The notes: generated by a model not told the origin, from the sequence alone. DNA of 64,000 bases from Mobula hypostoma (GCF_963921235.1 NC_086109.1:18044001-18108000), one strand, 5' to 3'; counted from the first letter of the stretch, positions 13,007-24,999 are shown. A program made the numbers and translations.

Positions 13007-13312
13007 GTGTCAGCTGGGCTGATATACAGAGTCCGGTGCTCCGGATGCGGCCTTCTATATATTGGCGAGACCCGACGCAGACTGGGAGACCGTTTCGCTG
13101 AACACCTACGTTTGGTCCGCCAGAGAAAGCAGGATCTCCCAGTGGCCACACATTTTAATTCCACGTCCCATTCCCATTCTGATATGTCTATCCATGGCCT
13201 CCTCTACTGTAAAGGTGAAGCCACACTCAGGTTGGAGGAACAACACGTTATATTCCATCTGGGTAGCCTCCAACCTGCCGGCATGAACGTTGACTTCTCC
13301 AACTTCCATTAA
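13007..13312 (+). CDS. GIY-YIG endonuclease domain of a Penelope-like element (partial)
   Basis: LIYRVRCSGCGLLYIGETRRRLGDRFAEH..VATHFN..H..EQHVIFHLGSLQPAGMN: GIY-YIG with the PLE CCHH signature. Confidence 0.9.
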   Translation: MSAGLIYRVRCSGCGLLYIGETRRRLGDRFAEHLRLVRQRKQDLPVATHFNSTSHSHSDMSIHGLLYCKGEATLRLEEQHVIFHLGSLQPAGMNVDFSNFH

Positions 13313-13540
13313 TGCCCCACCTCCCCCTTGTACCCCATCCATTATTGCCCATCCTCTGGGCTTCCCCCCTCCTCCTTTCTTTCTCCCTAGGCCTCCCGTC
13401 ACATGATCCTCTCATATCCCTTTTGTCAATCAACTGTCCAGCTCTTGGCTCCATCCCTCCCCCTCCTGTCTTCTCCTATCATTTTGGATCTCCCCCTCCT
13501 CCTCCCACTTTTAAATCTCTTACTAGCTCTTCTTTCAGTT

Positions 13541-13576
13541 AGTCCTGACGAAGGGTCTCGGCCCGAAATGTCGACT
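13541..13576 (+). ncRNA. Minimal type I hammerhead ribozyme motif
   Basis: AGTC CTGACGA A GGGT-CTCG-GCCC GAAA TGTC GACT; helix I AGTC/GACT; GUC cleavage triplet; helix III carries a CpG-type C>T change. Confidence 0.8.
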
Positions 13577-13594
13577 GTACCTCTTCCTATAGAT

Positions 13595-13795
13595 ATCAAA
13601 GTTGCTGGTGAATGCAGCAGGCCAGGCAGCATCTCTGGGAAGAGGTACAGTCGACGTTTCAGGCCGAGACCCTTCGTCAGGACTAAAACGTCGACTGTAC
13701 CTCTTCCTAGAGATGCTGCCTGGCCTGCTGCGTTCACCAGCAACTTTGATGTGTGTTGCTTGCATTTCCAACATCTGCAGAATTCCTGTTGTTTG
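13595..13795. mobile_element. Fold-back PLE-pLTR mini-element inserted in the PLE's own pLTR, 15-bp TSD
   Basis: Inverted arm 13595-13685 plus direct arm 13686-13795; TSD CCTCTTCCTA(T/G)AGAT at 13580-13594 and 13796-13810. Confidence 0.8.
13649..13684 (-). ncRNA. Minimal type I hammerhead ribozyme motif, intact core
   Basis: Reverse complement reads AGTC CTGACGA A GGGTCTCGGCCT GAAA CGTC GACT. Confidence 0.82.
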
Positions 13796-14524
13796 CCTCT
13801 TCCTAGAGATGCTGCCTGGCCTGCTGCGTTCACTAGCAACTTTGATGTGTGTTGCTTGCAATTTCTTCAATGCAGCTTTCTTATGATATGCCAAATACAG
13901 AAGGATCACATTGCTTTTCAACAGCTTCAAGCAAAGTCTAAGAGAACGGTGGGTTAGCAAGAGATGAGGTGATTACACGATCATTGAAATCACTTATGAG
14001 GCACTGAGGATCAAATGCTTATAATAAGCAATTTGTTCCTTAAATTAAACCTGTAATCCATCAGCTGCCCCCCCTTGCTACCGAGTGCCCTCACCACCAT
14101 CCGCTTTATCTTTATCGCACCCTTAGAAACTCCCACAACCCCCAGAGGGCGATATTGCTCACTTTGGGAACGAAAGCTGTACAAGAGTTCTCCTTGGTTT
14201 CCCAGGGAACATTCACCCTTCAACCCTATCTGGCTACTCTAACAGCACCTTCAAAACCCGCAACCCCCATCACCAAGAAGGACAAAGGCAGGCCATCAGT
14301 TGCCTCCAGGTTCCCCTCCAATTTGCACTTCATTGGTCGCTGGGGTTAGTGCTGGCTCTCACTACCCAACAACACCATGGGAGTGCCTGCACCGGGAGGA
14401 CTACAGCGGTTCATCGAAGTGTCTCACCAGCTTCTCAAACGAATGGAAGATAAACACTAGCAAACCCTGAAAAATAAGAAAAATATTTTCATCAATGTTC
14501 ATTATCAACTGTAGGAAGAGGTGC

Positions 14525-14560
14525 AGTCGACGTTTCAGGCCGAGACCCTTCGTCAGGACT
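14525..14560 (-). ncRNA. Minimal type I hammerhead ribozyme motif, intact core
   Basis: Reverse complement reads AGTC CTGACGA A GGGTCTCGGCCT GAAA CGTC GACT. Confidence 0.82.
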
Positions 14561-14583
14561 AACCGAAGGAAGAGTGTTCAGTT

Positions 14584-14619
14584 AGACCTGACGAAGGGTC
14601 TCGGCCTGAAACGTCGACT
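14584..14619 (+). ncRNA. Minimal type I hammerhead ribozyme motif (one helix I mismatch)
   Basis: AGAC CTGACGA A GGGTCTCGGCCT GAAA CGTC GACT. Confidence 0.75.
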
Positions 14620-14859
14620 GCACCTCTTCCTACAGATGCTGCCTGGCCTGCTGCGTTCACCAGCAACTTTGATGTGTGTTGCTTGAATTTCCAGCATCTG
14701 CAGAATTCCTGTTGTTTTCATTATCAACTTGTTATTTTTGGGTTTTGCTCCGCACACACTGGGTGCTTGTTTTCGTTTCCTTAAGTGTTGGAAATGGGAG
14801 TTGCCCAGGGAACTGAGAGGATGAGGTGCTATGAAAGTGGGAGTCATCCTTTCTGAAAT

Positions 14860-15065
14860 GACAAGAGATTCTGCAGATGCTCGAAGTACTGAGCCACGTA
14901 CACAAAATACTAGTGGAACTCAGCAGGTCAGGAAGCATCTCTGTAGGGAAATAAACAGTTGATGCCCCAGGCAGAGACCCTTCATCAGGATGAAATGTCG
15001 AATGTTTATTTCCTTTTAGATGCTGCCTGACCTACTGAGTATCTGTAGCATTTTGTGTGTTGCTC
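14860..15065. mobile_element. Older fold-back PLE-pLTR mini-element with a degenerate hammerhead
   Basis: Minus arm with CTGATGAAGGGTCTC core, then plus arm GAAATGTCGA..GATGCTGCCTGACC; no clean TSD. Confidence 0.7.
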
Positions 15066-15205
15066 AGTCACCTCATTGGCAGCAACAACAGCACCACCAA
15101 CTGGCTCAGAGAGGAACTGCCCAAGAACCTCAGCGCTCTTTACCTCTGCCTGCATTTTCTCTTAACTCCAAGTTTCATGTCCTTCATCCATCTTCATTTC
15201 CAATT

Positions 15206-15285
15206 CAGGGGTTCCAAACCCTTTTTATGCCATGGACCAATACCGTTAAACAAAGGGTCCGTGGACCCCAGGTTGGGAACCCCTG
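15206..15285. mobile_element. 80-bp hAT (Charlie/Buster-type) MITE
   Basis: TIRs CAGGGGTTCCAAACC / GGTTGGGAACCCCTG; the expected 8-bp TSD is not preserved. Confidence 0.8.
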
Positions 15286-15554
15286 AACCTGGTTCTCTTT
15301 CACTCACTCATCCCCACTTAAAGTCAATGTAATTCTGTTCTTTTTAAGGATCCATAAGTCAGTTGTAAGTGACAACACTGAATTCAAATAAATGCAAAAG
15401 TAGGAAGTAAATGTGTATTGGAAACCAACCCTAAGAAATGGATATAAAAGTAATTAATCTGGCTTTCAGAATTGTTGACTAATAACTGGATGATGAGAAG
15501 GAGAGAATGGGTGATTCTTTGGTGCTTTCTTATGATAGTAGGGATTCAGTAATT

Positions 15555-16720
15555 TAGAATCAGAATTCAGAATCCGGTTTATTATCTCTGGCATATAATA
15601 TGTCATTACGTTTTTTTGTTTTGTGGCAGCAGTACATTGCAATTCATAATAATACCTTAGTAATTACAATGAGAAGTATATATATATAAATAAATTAAAT
15701 ATGTAGTGCAAAAAGGGAGGTAGTGTTCATGGGTTCATTGTCTCTTCAGAAGTCTAATGGCAGAGGGGAAGAAGCTGTTCCTGAAATGTTGAGTGTGTGT
15801 CTTCAGGCTCCTGTACCTCCTCCTTGATTTAGCAATGAGAACAGGGCATGTCCTGGGTCCGTCTCCTTCCTGATGGATGCCACCTTTCTGAGGCATTGCC
15901 TTTTAAGATGTCCTGGATGCTGGACGGGATAGTGCCCACAATGGAGCTGACAGAGCTTACAACTTTCTGCAGGCTTTTCTGAATCTGTGTAATGGCCCCT
16001 CCATACCAGTCACTAATGCAACAGCTAGAAATCTATGCATGGTGTATTTGTGAAATATCTGACATTTACGAGTGTCTTTGGTGACATACCAATTCCATTT
16101 AAACTCCTAATGAAATATAGCCACTGTCATGCCTTCTTTGTGATTGCATCAATATGTTGGGCCCTGGATAGATCTTCAGACACCCAGGAACTTGAAACCA
16201 CTCACCCTTTCTACTTCTGATCCCTTGATGAGAGTTGGTGTGTGTTCCCTCAGCTTCCCCTTTCTCAAGTCCACAATGAATTCCTTGGTCTTACAGACAT
16301 TGAGTCCAAGCTTGTTGCAGTGACACCACTCAAAGCTGAGATAGCTGATCTATCTCTCTCCCGTACATCTCCTCATCACCATCTGAGATTCTGCCAACAA
16401 TGGTTGTTTCATTGGCAAATTTATAAATGATATTTGAGCTGTTCTTAGCCACAGAATTGTAGATGTTGAGAAAATAGAGTAGTGTCCTAACACACATCCT
16501 TGAGGTGCGCCAGTGTTGATTGTCAGTGAGGTGGAGATGTTATTTCCAAACCGGTGAGGAAGTCAAGGATCCAGTTGCAGAGGGAGGTACAGAGGCCCAG
16601 GTTATGGAGCTTGTTGGTTATAATTGAGGGTATGATTATGTTGAATGCTGAGCTCTAGTCAATAAATAGCAGCCTGATGTAGTTATTACTATTGATCAGA
16701 TTAATGATCGATATTTATTT
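15555..16720 (-). mobile_element. Rex1/Babar LINE 3' part, degraded
   Basis: RT motifs (DYSSAFNII, TGAPQGCVL) and (ATTCTG)n tail on the minus strand. Confidence 0.85.
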
Positions 16721-16737
16721 AATGATCAGATCGTTCG

Positions 16738-17652
16738 GGGGAAGATGGTGCCAGCAAACAACGTGACAAAGGGTTATGTCCGTTGGATGGTTCACAGAAC
16801 TACTTCTTTCAGTTCTTTTGCTTTCATATGTGGTTCTGCTGCGTTGGAGCCTGTGAACTACATTTTGGTGCTGTATCTTCCGGCTGATTGAGCGATCTGG
16901 TGACTTGTGTCTCTAAAGACGTTCCATAAGGTTTCGAATGAAGTGTATAGCTTGGAGGCAGGGCGTGAGCCCAAGATTGACTCTATTTCTTGCCGATCTC
17001 ACTGATTAAAGTGTCGGGGAAGATTGAAATCATCAAGGCGAGAGCGGACGGTGAGCGAGTGTTCAGCACCGTTTACCATCCTCTCGCTTGCTGATGCTGG
17101 AGGTACGAGTTTGACAGTGAAGGTCTCTCTCTCCCTTTCATCTGCTGCTCTCGAAGGAAGATTTCAGCATTTGAATGGTCCCTCTCTCTCTCCCTCTCAC
17201 TCAATGCTGCCAGAGGATGGTGCTGGAGTCTGGGGTTTTGGGCAACATTTAATTGATGCGGTTTGTGGATTGGACTCTATAGTTTATATTATGATGTGTT
17301 TCTGGTTTCTGGTTACTCCATCTTTATTGTGATTTTGTGCGATTTTGATCGTGGCAGACTGGCCTGAAGTTACAGAACAACACAGCTAGATTGAACTGAA
17401 CTGAGCTGAACTGAACATGCCTGGACTGGTTTGATGATTTGTGGTTTGGTGTTTTATATTCTGTGTTTTTCGCGCATTTTTTTGCCATTTGTGCGATTTG
17501 TTCTTTTTTTTTTGCATACTGGGGGTTTGATGTTTTTCCTTAAATGGGTTCCATAGTTTTTCTTTCTTTGTTTTGTAGCTGTCTGTGGGAAGACATTGTA
17601 TACCGCATACATATTTTGATAATAAATGTACTTTGAATCTCTGAGTCTTTGA
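16738..17652 (+). mobile_element. Non-coding non-autonomous retroelement, family A copy 1
   Basis: Starts GGAAGATGGTGCCAG, ends AATAAATGTACTTTGAATCT; collinear with 56507-57441. Confidence 0.7.
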
Positions 17653-17819
17653 TTGACTTTTGATCCATCTCGTGCAACAGGATGCCATTGTCAACTGGGT
17701 TTCGCTTTAGGAGTCACAGGCAGACCCTTAACCCTGATATAGGCAGCCAGGTGTCAATAACTGGTAGGCTGTTCAGTACTGGGGGGCTGTGTTAGATGGA
17801 GCAAAAGATACAGTCCGAG

Positions 17820-18610
17820 TGAATCACAGAACATGGAACTGGACAACACCACACAAGACATCTGGCGCACACTGTTGTGTTGATCTTGATGCCAGTTTAT
17901 ACTAATTGCCCTCTTCAAGTGGGTCATCCATATCCTTGTGTTCCCTTTATTTTCGCTTGTCTAACTGAAAGCCTCTGAAACTCCATCAAACTGTCTGCTT
18001 CCACTACTTCCCCATGGCAACCTGTTCCAGGCAGCTGCCCTCTCTGCATAAAAAGCTTGCCCCTCACTTCGCTCTTAAACTTCCTCTCTCTAATCTTAAA
18101 ATCATGTTCTCTGGTATATGACATTTCTATCCTGGGGAAAAAATTCTGACTGTCTACCCTATCTATGCCTCTCGTAGTTTTAAAAAATCTCCATCAGGTC
18201 TCCCCACAGCCTCTGATGTTCCGGGGAAAACAACCCACCTTTGCCCAGCCTTTCCTTACAGCTCATGCCCTCTAATCCAGGCAGCATCCCGGTAAGCCTC
18301 TTCTATACCCTCTCCATAGTCTTCATATCCTTCCCATAATGGAGTGACCAGAACTTCACACAATACTCCAAGTATGGTTTGATTAAAGTTTTATACTGCT
18401 GTAGCAGAACTTTCTGACTCCCACATGCAGCAACCTTACAAATGAACACAAACGTGCCAAAAGCCCTCATTACCACCTTATCCAATTTACGGTATCCACT
18501 TTATGGAGGCCAAGTTCACAATGCCATTAAGGGGTCTATTTTCTCCTTTGTTTGACTTCCCAAAGTGCAACACCTCACAGTGCTCATACTAAACTCCACC
18601 TGCCACTTCT
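17820..18610 (-). mobile_element. CR1 3' fragment
   Basis: YKTLIKPYLEYCVKFWS; FKSEVRGKLF. Confidence 0.8.
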
Positions 18611-20004
18611 TTTCCCATATCTGAACATTAACATGAAGATGCATGCACAGATATACATCTCCAATCTAAATGTGAACCTCTCCACAAAATCCTCCACACT
18701 TACTGGTAGGGTGAGTGACCCAATGCCAGTGTTCACTTCCAGGCTAACACGGTCAGGATGATGGCCTCCATCATCTATGTTGGGTTGCCCATGTCGCTCA
18801 CCTGACTGCCACCTGACCCCAAAACAGACACTCCATAGGTGGGCGGAGAAAGGGATTCATGGATGTGTTCAAAGCTTCCTTGAAGAGATACAGCAATTCC
18901 CATTGACTCCTGGAAAACTTTTGCCCATGGTTGCTCAAAGTGAAGAAACAGCATTCAAGATGGTATTGAGGTCCTGAGGCCACATGTTGGGAGCTCATGG
19001 TAAGCTTATGAAGTGTTGCTGCCCAAAGGGTTTCTGACTGTTTATTCCCCTCTATATAAGTTCCCCCAGCATTTTGTGGATTTAGCTTGGAGATGCATCT
19101 GACCGGCATGGACCAGGTGCGACACAAGCCTGTGACTGGCTCAGTGAGATAGTGGAAAAACTTGGTTCTGTTACAAACTGATATATTTGCTACATTCAGT
19201 CCTGACCTGGAATTGTAGCCACTGATTAGTAACAGGCCACTGACATTGAATGCCAAGGGTATATGATCAGACTCTGTCATATTAGAGGTGACCTTTGCCT
19301 GTGGCATTTGTGACACAGCATCAGCTTGTCACTTATCAGCCCACGCCTGAACGTTGTGTACGTTTTGCTGCATATAGACTTGGGAAACTTTGATGTTACA
19401 GAATTGTGAATTTAATAGAGCATCGTGCAATAATTAATTGGGTACAAGGGAAGAGCAAAGGTCATTGCTGAAGCTGAGTGCTAATGGAAAAACCCAAATA
19501 GCATCAGTGAGTAGGTTATTGGTAAGAGCTATATTGACAACATATTCCTTTGCTTTGCTAATGACTTGGAGAGGATAGACTGGATGGTAACTAGCTGCAT
19601 TGGATCTGTCCTACATTTTGTGAACAGAATATACCTGGGCAGTATGCCATGTTGTTAAGTAAATGCCACTGCTCTAACTGTACTGGGATGCTTGGCGAGA
19701 AGCACAGCGAGTTCTGGAGAATGTTGTGAGTACTGCATTTGGGAATTTAACTAGTCACATAGCCTTTTCCATCTGCAGTGCTCTCAACACCTCAGCAGTG
19801 ATTACATAAGACACAGCAGGAATTGGACATAAGGCTTCTCAACCCTGCTCTGCCACTGAGTAACATTGTCAGTGATCTTTGGCCTTGGTCCTGTCGTCTT
19901 CACTGATTGGCATGTTCCCCTGCGGTCCGAAAATCTCTGTGGTCCAAGGTCTCATTGCTGAAGCTTAATCACTCAGTATCTGTACTTCTTCATGTGGAAC
20001 GCTG

Positions 20005-20960
20005 CTGACTGGGGCACTCCTTGCTGCAGGAGGACGGGCTGAGGGATGCACTGAAACTTGGTGCAGCCACAACAGGAGCTCACTGGGGAAGGACCACAGT
20101 GTAGAGCTCTTCCGCTAATGGACAGGGATGGACGTCAAATGCTGCTAGAAGATCATCAACTTGGTGAAAGGCGTTCTTTGGTCTGCCTGAAATTTGTTGG
20201 TCTTCTCCTTTCATCACCTCATGTTTGCTTGGATTAAACTCCATCGGCTACTTCTTCGCTTAAATCTGAAAACTAACGTAGTGATGCATGCCGAGATATA
20301 CATCTCCAATCTAAACATGAGAGTAGGTTGAGTGAACTCGGCCTTTTTTCCTTGGAGCGACAGAGGATGAGAGCTGACCTGATAGAAGTGTATAAGATGA
20401 TGAGAGGCATTGATCGTGTGGATAGTCAGAGGCTTTTTCCCCAGGACCGAAATGACCGACTTGAGAGGGCACAGTTTTCAGGTTCTTGGAAGTAAGTACA
20501 GAGGAGATGTCAGGGGTAAGTTTTTTACACAGAGAGTGGCGAGTGTGTGGAATGGGCTGCCGGCAGCGGTGGTGGAGGTGGATACGATAGGGTCTTTTAA
20601 GATACTCCTGGATAGGTACATGGAGCTTAGAAAAATAGAGGGCTATGGGTAACCCTAGGTAATATCTATAGTAAGGACATGTTCGGCACAGCTCTGTGGG
20701 CCGAAGGGCCTGTATTGTGCTGTAGTCTTTCTATGCACTTCTCCACAAAATCCTCCAAACTCTCTGCTGGGATGAGTGACTCAATGTTGGCATTCATTCC
20801 AGATTAACGTTGTCAGGATGATGTGATCTGTCATCAATGGCACAGCGAGATGTCCCCAAGTGAATTGCACATTCCAGGCCGTAAGAGTACACACTGAAGG
20901 GTGTGCTGAAGCTGGAAGTGGCCAACGCAAAGGCTCCATGGGGAAGGACCACAGTCTGAG
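20005..20960 (+). mobile_element. Tx1/L1-like ORF2 C-terminal fragments (~20005-20205 and ~20840-20960) flanking a CR1 3' end (20321-20735)
   Basis: LRDALKLGAAT...WGRTTV* and C*KIINLVKGVLWSA*NLLVF-like coding; CR1 ORF 20410-20652. Confidence 0.65.
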
Positions 20961-21299
20961 GTCCTTTAGAAGAGAATATTGAGAGGCTGATTATCCTTTC
21001 CTGGTATATTTGATTTAAATCTTGGTCCTTCAATCATTGCCACTCTACCACTCCTCTGCCCTTTGCTCTACTTATGATTTTGTGTCTTCTGCTAAATCTG
21101 CCACCAAAACTTCCAACTGTTATAAGGACAACCCAGCCAGCTGATCTCTTGTCTTTCCACACAACCGGTCCCTCACTTCAAGAATCCTTCAGAAAATCTC
21201 CCTTTCATTTCCATCTAAGCTTTGAATCTTGTAACTTGGGTTTCGTAATACTTTTGTGCCATTCTGACCCACTGCCACATTGACAAAGGCTTTCCTACT

Positions 21300-23475
21300 G
21301 AAGCACTGAGGGACCTCTACTGCAGAGGTCTGTCTGATGAAAAGTTCAGGAGGAACTTCAGCATCCATGTCACAAGGGTTTAGATTAACTTTACTTCTGG
21401 TTTACATAAGAGCATCCTTCAGCAGGGTGAACCCACGGAAAGCATTTTGCCCAGACAGTGTACCTGGCCGAGAACTAAGCTAATAAACTGGCTGCATTGT
21501 CTATTGATATCTTTAACTTCATGTTTCATTATTCAGAGGTGCCCATCTGCTTCAAGCAGGTTTCAATCATACTGACGCCCAAGAAGAATGTGTTAACATT
21601 GCCTCAATCACTATTGTCTTGTAGTACTTACATATGCTGTTTTTTTTTCTTTATTTTTAGGTCTGTTTTATTAATTATTATTCAAAATCAACAACAAAAA
21701 ACATTAAAATAATCAAATCAACATATCAATATGTATAATAAGAGTTAAACCATCAACCAAGCTAAACAGTATATCAATAATAATAAGAAAAAAAAACAAA
21801 ATGTTAAAGCTATTTTTTTTGGAAAATGAAAGAAGGAAAAAAGAACCGCTACTAACTAAAACAAAAAAACCCTACTAACAAAAAAAAAATGAGAAGAAGA
21901 AGAAAAAAAACCATTTGGAGCACAAACCCGGAGCTATACGCCATACAAGCTTCCATACTTATATTGTGATGAAGTGCTTTGAGAGGTTAGTCATGAAGAG
22001 TGACTTGAATCCACTCCAATTTGCCTACCATCCCAACAGGCCAACAGCAGATGCCATTTCATTGGATCTTCAATCAGCTCTAGAACATCTAGACTTGGAA
22101 GATGCATACATCAGGATGTTCTTCATTGACTACAAGCTGTTGACACTATTATCTCCATGAAACTAATTAATAAGCACCAAAAACCCAGGCTTCAATACCT
22201 CCTTGTGTAACTGGATCCTCGATTTTCTCAGTTAGAATAACAACCTTTCACTCAATGCCAGCAAAACCAAAGGGCTGATTATTAACTACAGGAGGAAGAA
22301 GCCGGAGGTCCAGGAAGACCTCATAAAGAGATCAGAGGTTGAGAGGTCAGTAACTTTAAACTCCTTCATGTTATAAGAGGATCTGTCCTGTAACCAGCGT
22401 GGTGGTGCTATTACAAAAAGGTGCAACAGCACCTCTATTTTCTTCAAAGTTTGCACAGATTTGCCATCTGAAAATTTGATAAACCTCTATAGGTGTAGTT
22501 GAGAGTATCCAGACTGGTTGCATCATGGCCTGGTACAGAAACACCAATGCCCAAGAGTAGAAAAGCCTGCAGAACATAATGGACACGGCAGTGGGGAGTA
22601 AACCCCTCCCCACCATTGAGCACATCTACATGGAGTGCTGCCACAGGAAAGCAACATCCATCATCAAGGATCCCCAGCATACAGACCGTGCTCTCTTCTC
22701 ACTGTTGCTATCAGGAAGGAGGTTCAGGGGCATTAGGTCCCACACCACCAGGTCCAGGAACAGTTATTACTGTTGAACCGTCAGGCTCCTGAACCAGAGT
22801 GGGACTCACCTCAAAGCTGAACAGGTTCCACAACCTATGGACTCACCTTCAAGATCATGTTCTCAATATTATTTATGCATGTCAGACCATAGCACCTTCT
22901 GTGCCTTGTCATACCTTCACTCTCCTTGGAGCAGTGCAGTGCTGTGCTGCCTGTCTGATCATTGGATCTCACAGTAGATCTCATCCACCCAGTCTACCGG
23001 AGCTGACTACTCATGCTCAAACAGGCGTTGTCCTACCTCACTGGGGTGTGAGTCCACAGGCTACCCTTACTTGGTTTAGCCCACCTGTCGAAGTGGTGTA
23101 CCAGGGTGTGGCCATTGTCGTTATGCAAACAGCTACTTGGAGACACAGATGAGAGCTGAGTGTCCAGAGGGGACCTAAGGTGAGTGAGCTGCCCCAGAAT
23201 GGACATGACAAGCCCCTTCACCAGAGGTGATACCCCTCCCTGGATACCCCATACACCCCCTTTTTATCTATCTGTCTATTTATTTATTCATTGTGCCTGC
23301 ACAGTTTGTCTTCTTTGGCACACTGGCTGTTAGTCAGTCTTTGCTGTGTGTAGTTTTTCATTGATCCTATTGTAGTTCTTTGTTCTACCATGAATGCCTG
23401 CAAGAAAATAAATCTCAAGGTGGTATATGGTGATCTATACATACTTTGGTGATAAGTTTACTTTGAACTTTGAAA
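21300..23475 (+). mobile_element. Degraded Rex1/Babar LINE with two internal insertions (A-rich ~21640-21950; RTE-like non-coding ~22880-23260)
   Basis: [64 protein letters not shown] tail. Confidence 0.8.
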
Positions 23476-24049
23476 GAAGTATATAAAAGTATAAGATATC
23501 GATAGGATGGATAGTGATGGCGTTTTTCTGGAGTAGGTGGGGGAAAAGTTTGAAGGAACATTATAAGGCAAATCATTTTACACAAAGAATGAGAGATGGC
23601 TGGAATGTGGTGCCTGGGGAAGTGTTGGAAGTGGCATAATAGCGGCATTTAAGATGCAGTTCAGGAATGTAGAGATATAGACCATGCCTTGGGAAGGCAG
23701 CCAGCATAATCAAAGTCTCCTCCCACCCCATTCCATCAGGCAGAAGATACAGAACTTGAGACCACGTGCCACCAAGCTCGAGGACAGCTTTTATCCTGCT
23801 GATATTAGATTCTTGAATGGACCTCCTGTACAGTAAAGACAAACCCATGATCTCACAATTACCTTGTTGTGGTCCATACTCCTCATTACCTACCTGTGTT
23901 GCCTTTATCTGCTACTGTAATGCTACACTCTGTATTCTGCTCTTCCTCTCCCCTTTGATGTAGGGATACCTTGAAATGATCTGGAAGGATGGCATGCGAA
24001 ATAAAGCTTTTCACTGTAGCTCAGTACGTGTGACAATAATAAAACCAAC

Positions 24050-24720
24050 TACCGTAGGAAGCATTCCGACTGGATGCATAACAGCTTGGTATAGCAACTG
24101 CTCTGCATGTGACCGCAAGAAACTGCAGAGCTGTGGACACAGCTCAGCACGTCACAAGAACATGCTTCCTCCTCACGGACTCTGTCTACAGCTCTCACTG
24201 GCTCAGTAAAGAAGCCGGCATAATCAAAGACCCCGCCCACCCCGGACATTCTCTCTTCTCTCCTCTCCCGTCCGGCAGAAGTTACAACAGCCTGAAGTAT
24301 ATACTGCCATTCTTCTATCTCACTGTTATCAGATTCTTGAAAAAAATCTCTTGTGCAATAAAATGGAATCTTGGCCTCACAATCTACCTCGTTATGATCT
24401 TGCACTTTATTATTTGAAAGCACTGCACTGCAGAAACCTCCAAAATTAGTCAGCTCCATCATGGGTACTAGCCTCCGTAGTATCCAAAACATCTTCAAGG
24501 AGCAGTGCCTCAGAAAGGTGGCATCCATCATCAAGGACCCACACCACCCAGGGCATGCCTTCTTCTCATTGTTACCATCAGGAAGGAGGTACAGAAGCCT
24601 GAAGGCACAGGCTCAGTGATTCAGGAACTGTTCCTTCCCCTCTGCCATCCATGTTTTTCACTGCATTTTGATATACGTGACAATAATAAACCAATCTGCT
24701 ACCATGTACAGGCAGATAGG
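24050..24720 (+). mobile_element. Rex1/Babar 3' fragments (two)
   Basis: GCITAWYSN; AGIIKDPAHPGHSLFSPLPSGRSY; ASIIKDPHHPGHAFFSLLPSGRRY. Confidence 0.8.
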
Positions 24721-24999
24721 GTTAACTTTGACTGGCATCGTGGTTAGCACAGACAGCATAGGCCGAGGGGCCTGTTTCTGCGTCATACCCTTTGCTATTC
24801 TATGGGCCTGGGAGATATTACTGAAGTAGAGAGGGGCAAGGCCATGGAGGGGTTAAAAACTGAGGTCTTGCTTTACTGGGAGCCGGTGCAGGTCAGTGGT
24901 GTTAGGTATGAGCAAGCTGGGACCACAGAGTTTGCACAAGTTTGTTGACACAAATATATGCCTGAGGTCTGGTCACTGAGTGAAGGAAAGAGCTGGCAC

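Larger units (their letters stand above)
12995..13865 (+). mobile_element. Penelope-like element 3' end: GIY-YIG endonuclease, C-rich 3' UTR and hammerhead-containing pLTR
   Basis: ORF 13007-13312, then a C/T-rich tract, hammerhead at 13541 and the conserved tail. Confidence 0.92.
14511..14716. mobile_element. Fold-back double-hammerhead mini-element, 13-bp TSD
   Basis: Inverted arms 14509-~14563 and ~14581-14635; TSD TTCATTATCAACT at 14498-14510 and 14717-14729. Confidence 0.9.

Noticed and set aside
12994..13865. 7-bp TSD CAATTTC around the Penelope fragment
   Set aside because: Both copies could be element-derived sequence; too short to trust.
13403..13960. Overlapping 137-184 aa ORFs on both strands with repeated peptides
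   Set aside because: By-products of the GC-rich inverted and duplicated pLTR module; no protein motif.
18798..19316. 172-aa ORF (and similar 100-180 aa ORFs at 39764, 44228 and 46281)
   Set aside because: They are chimeras of decayed repeat and flanking DNA without host-protein motifs or splice support.
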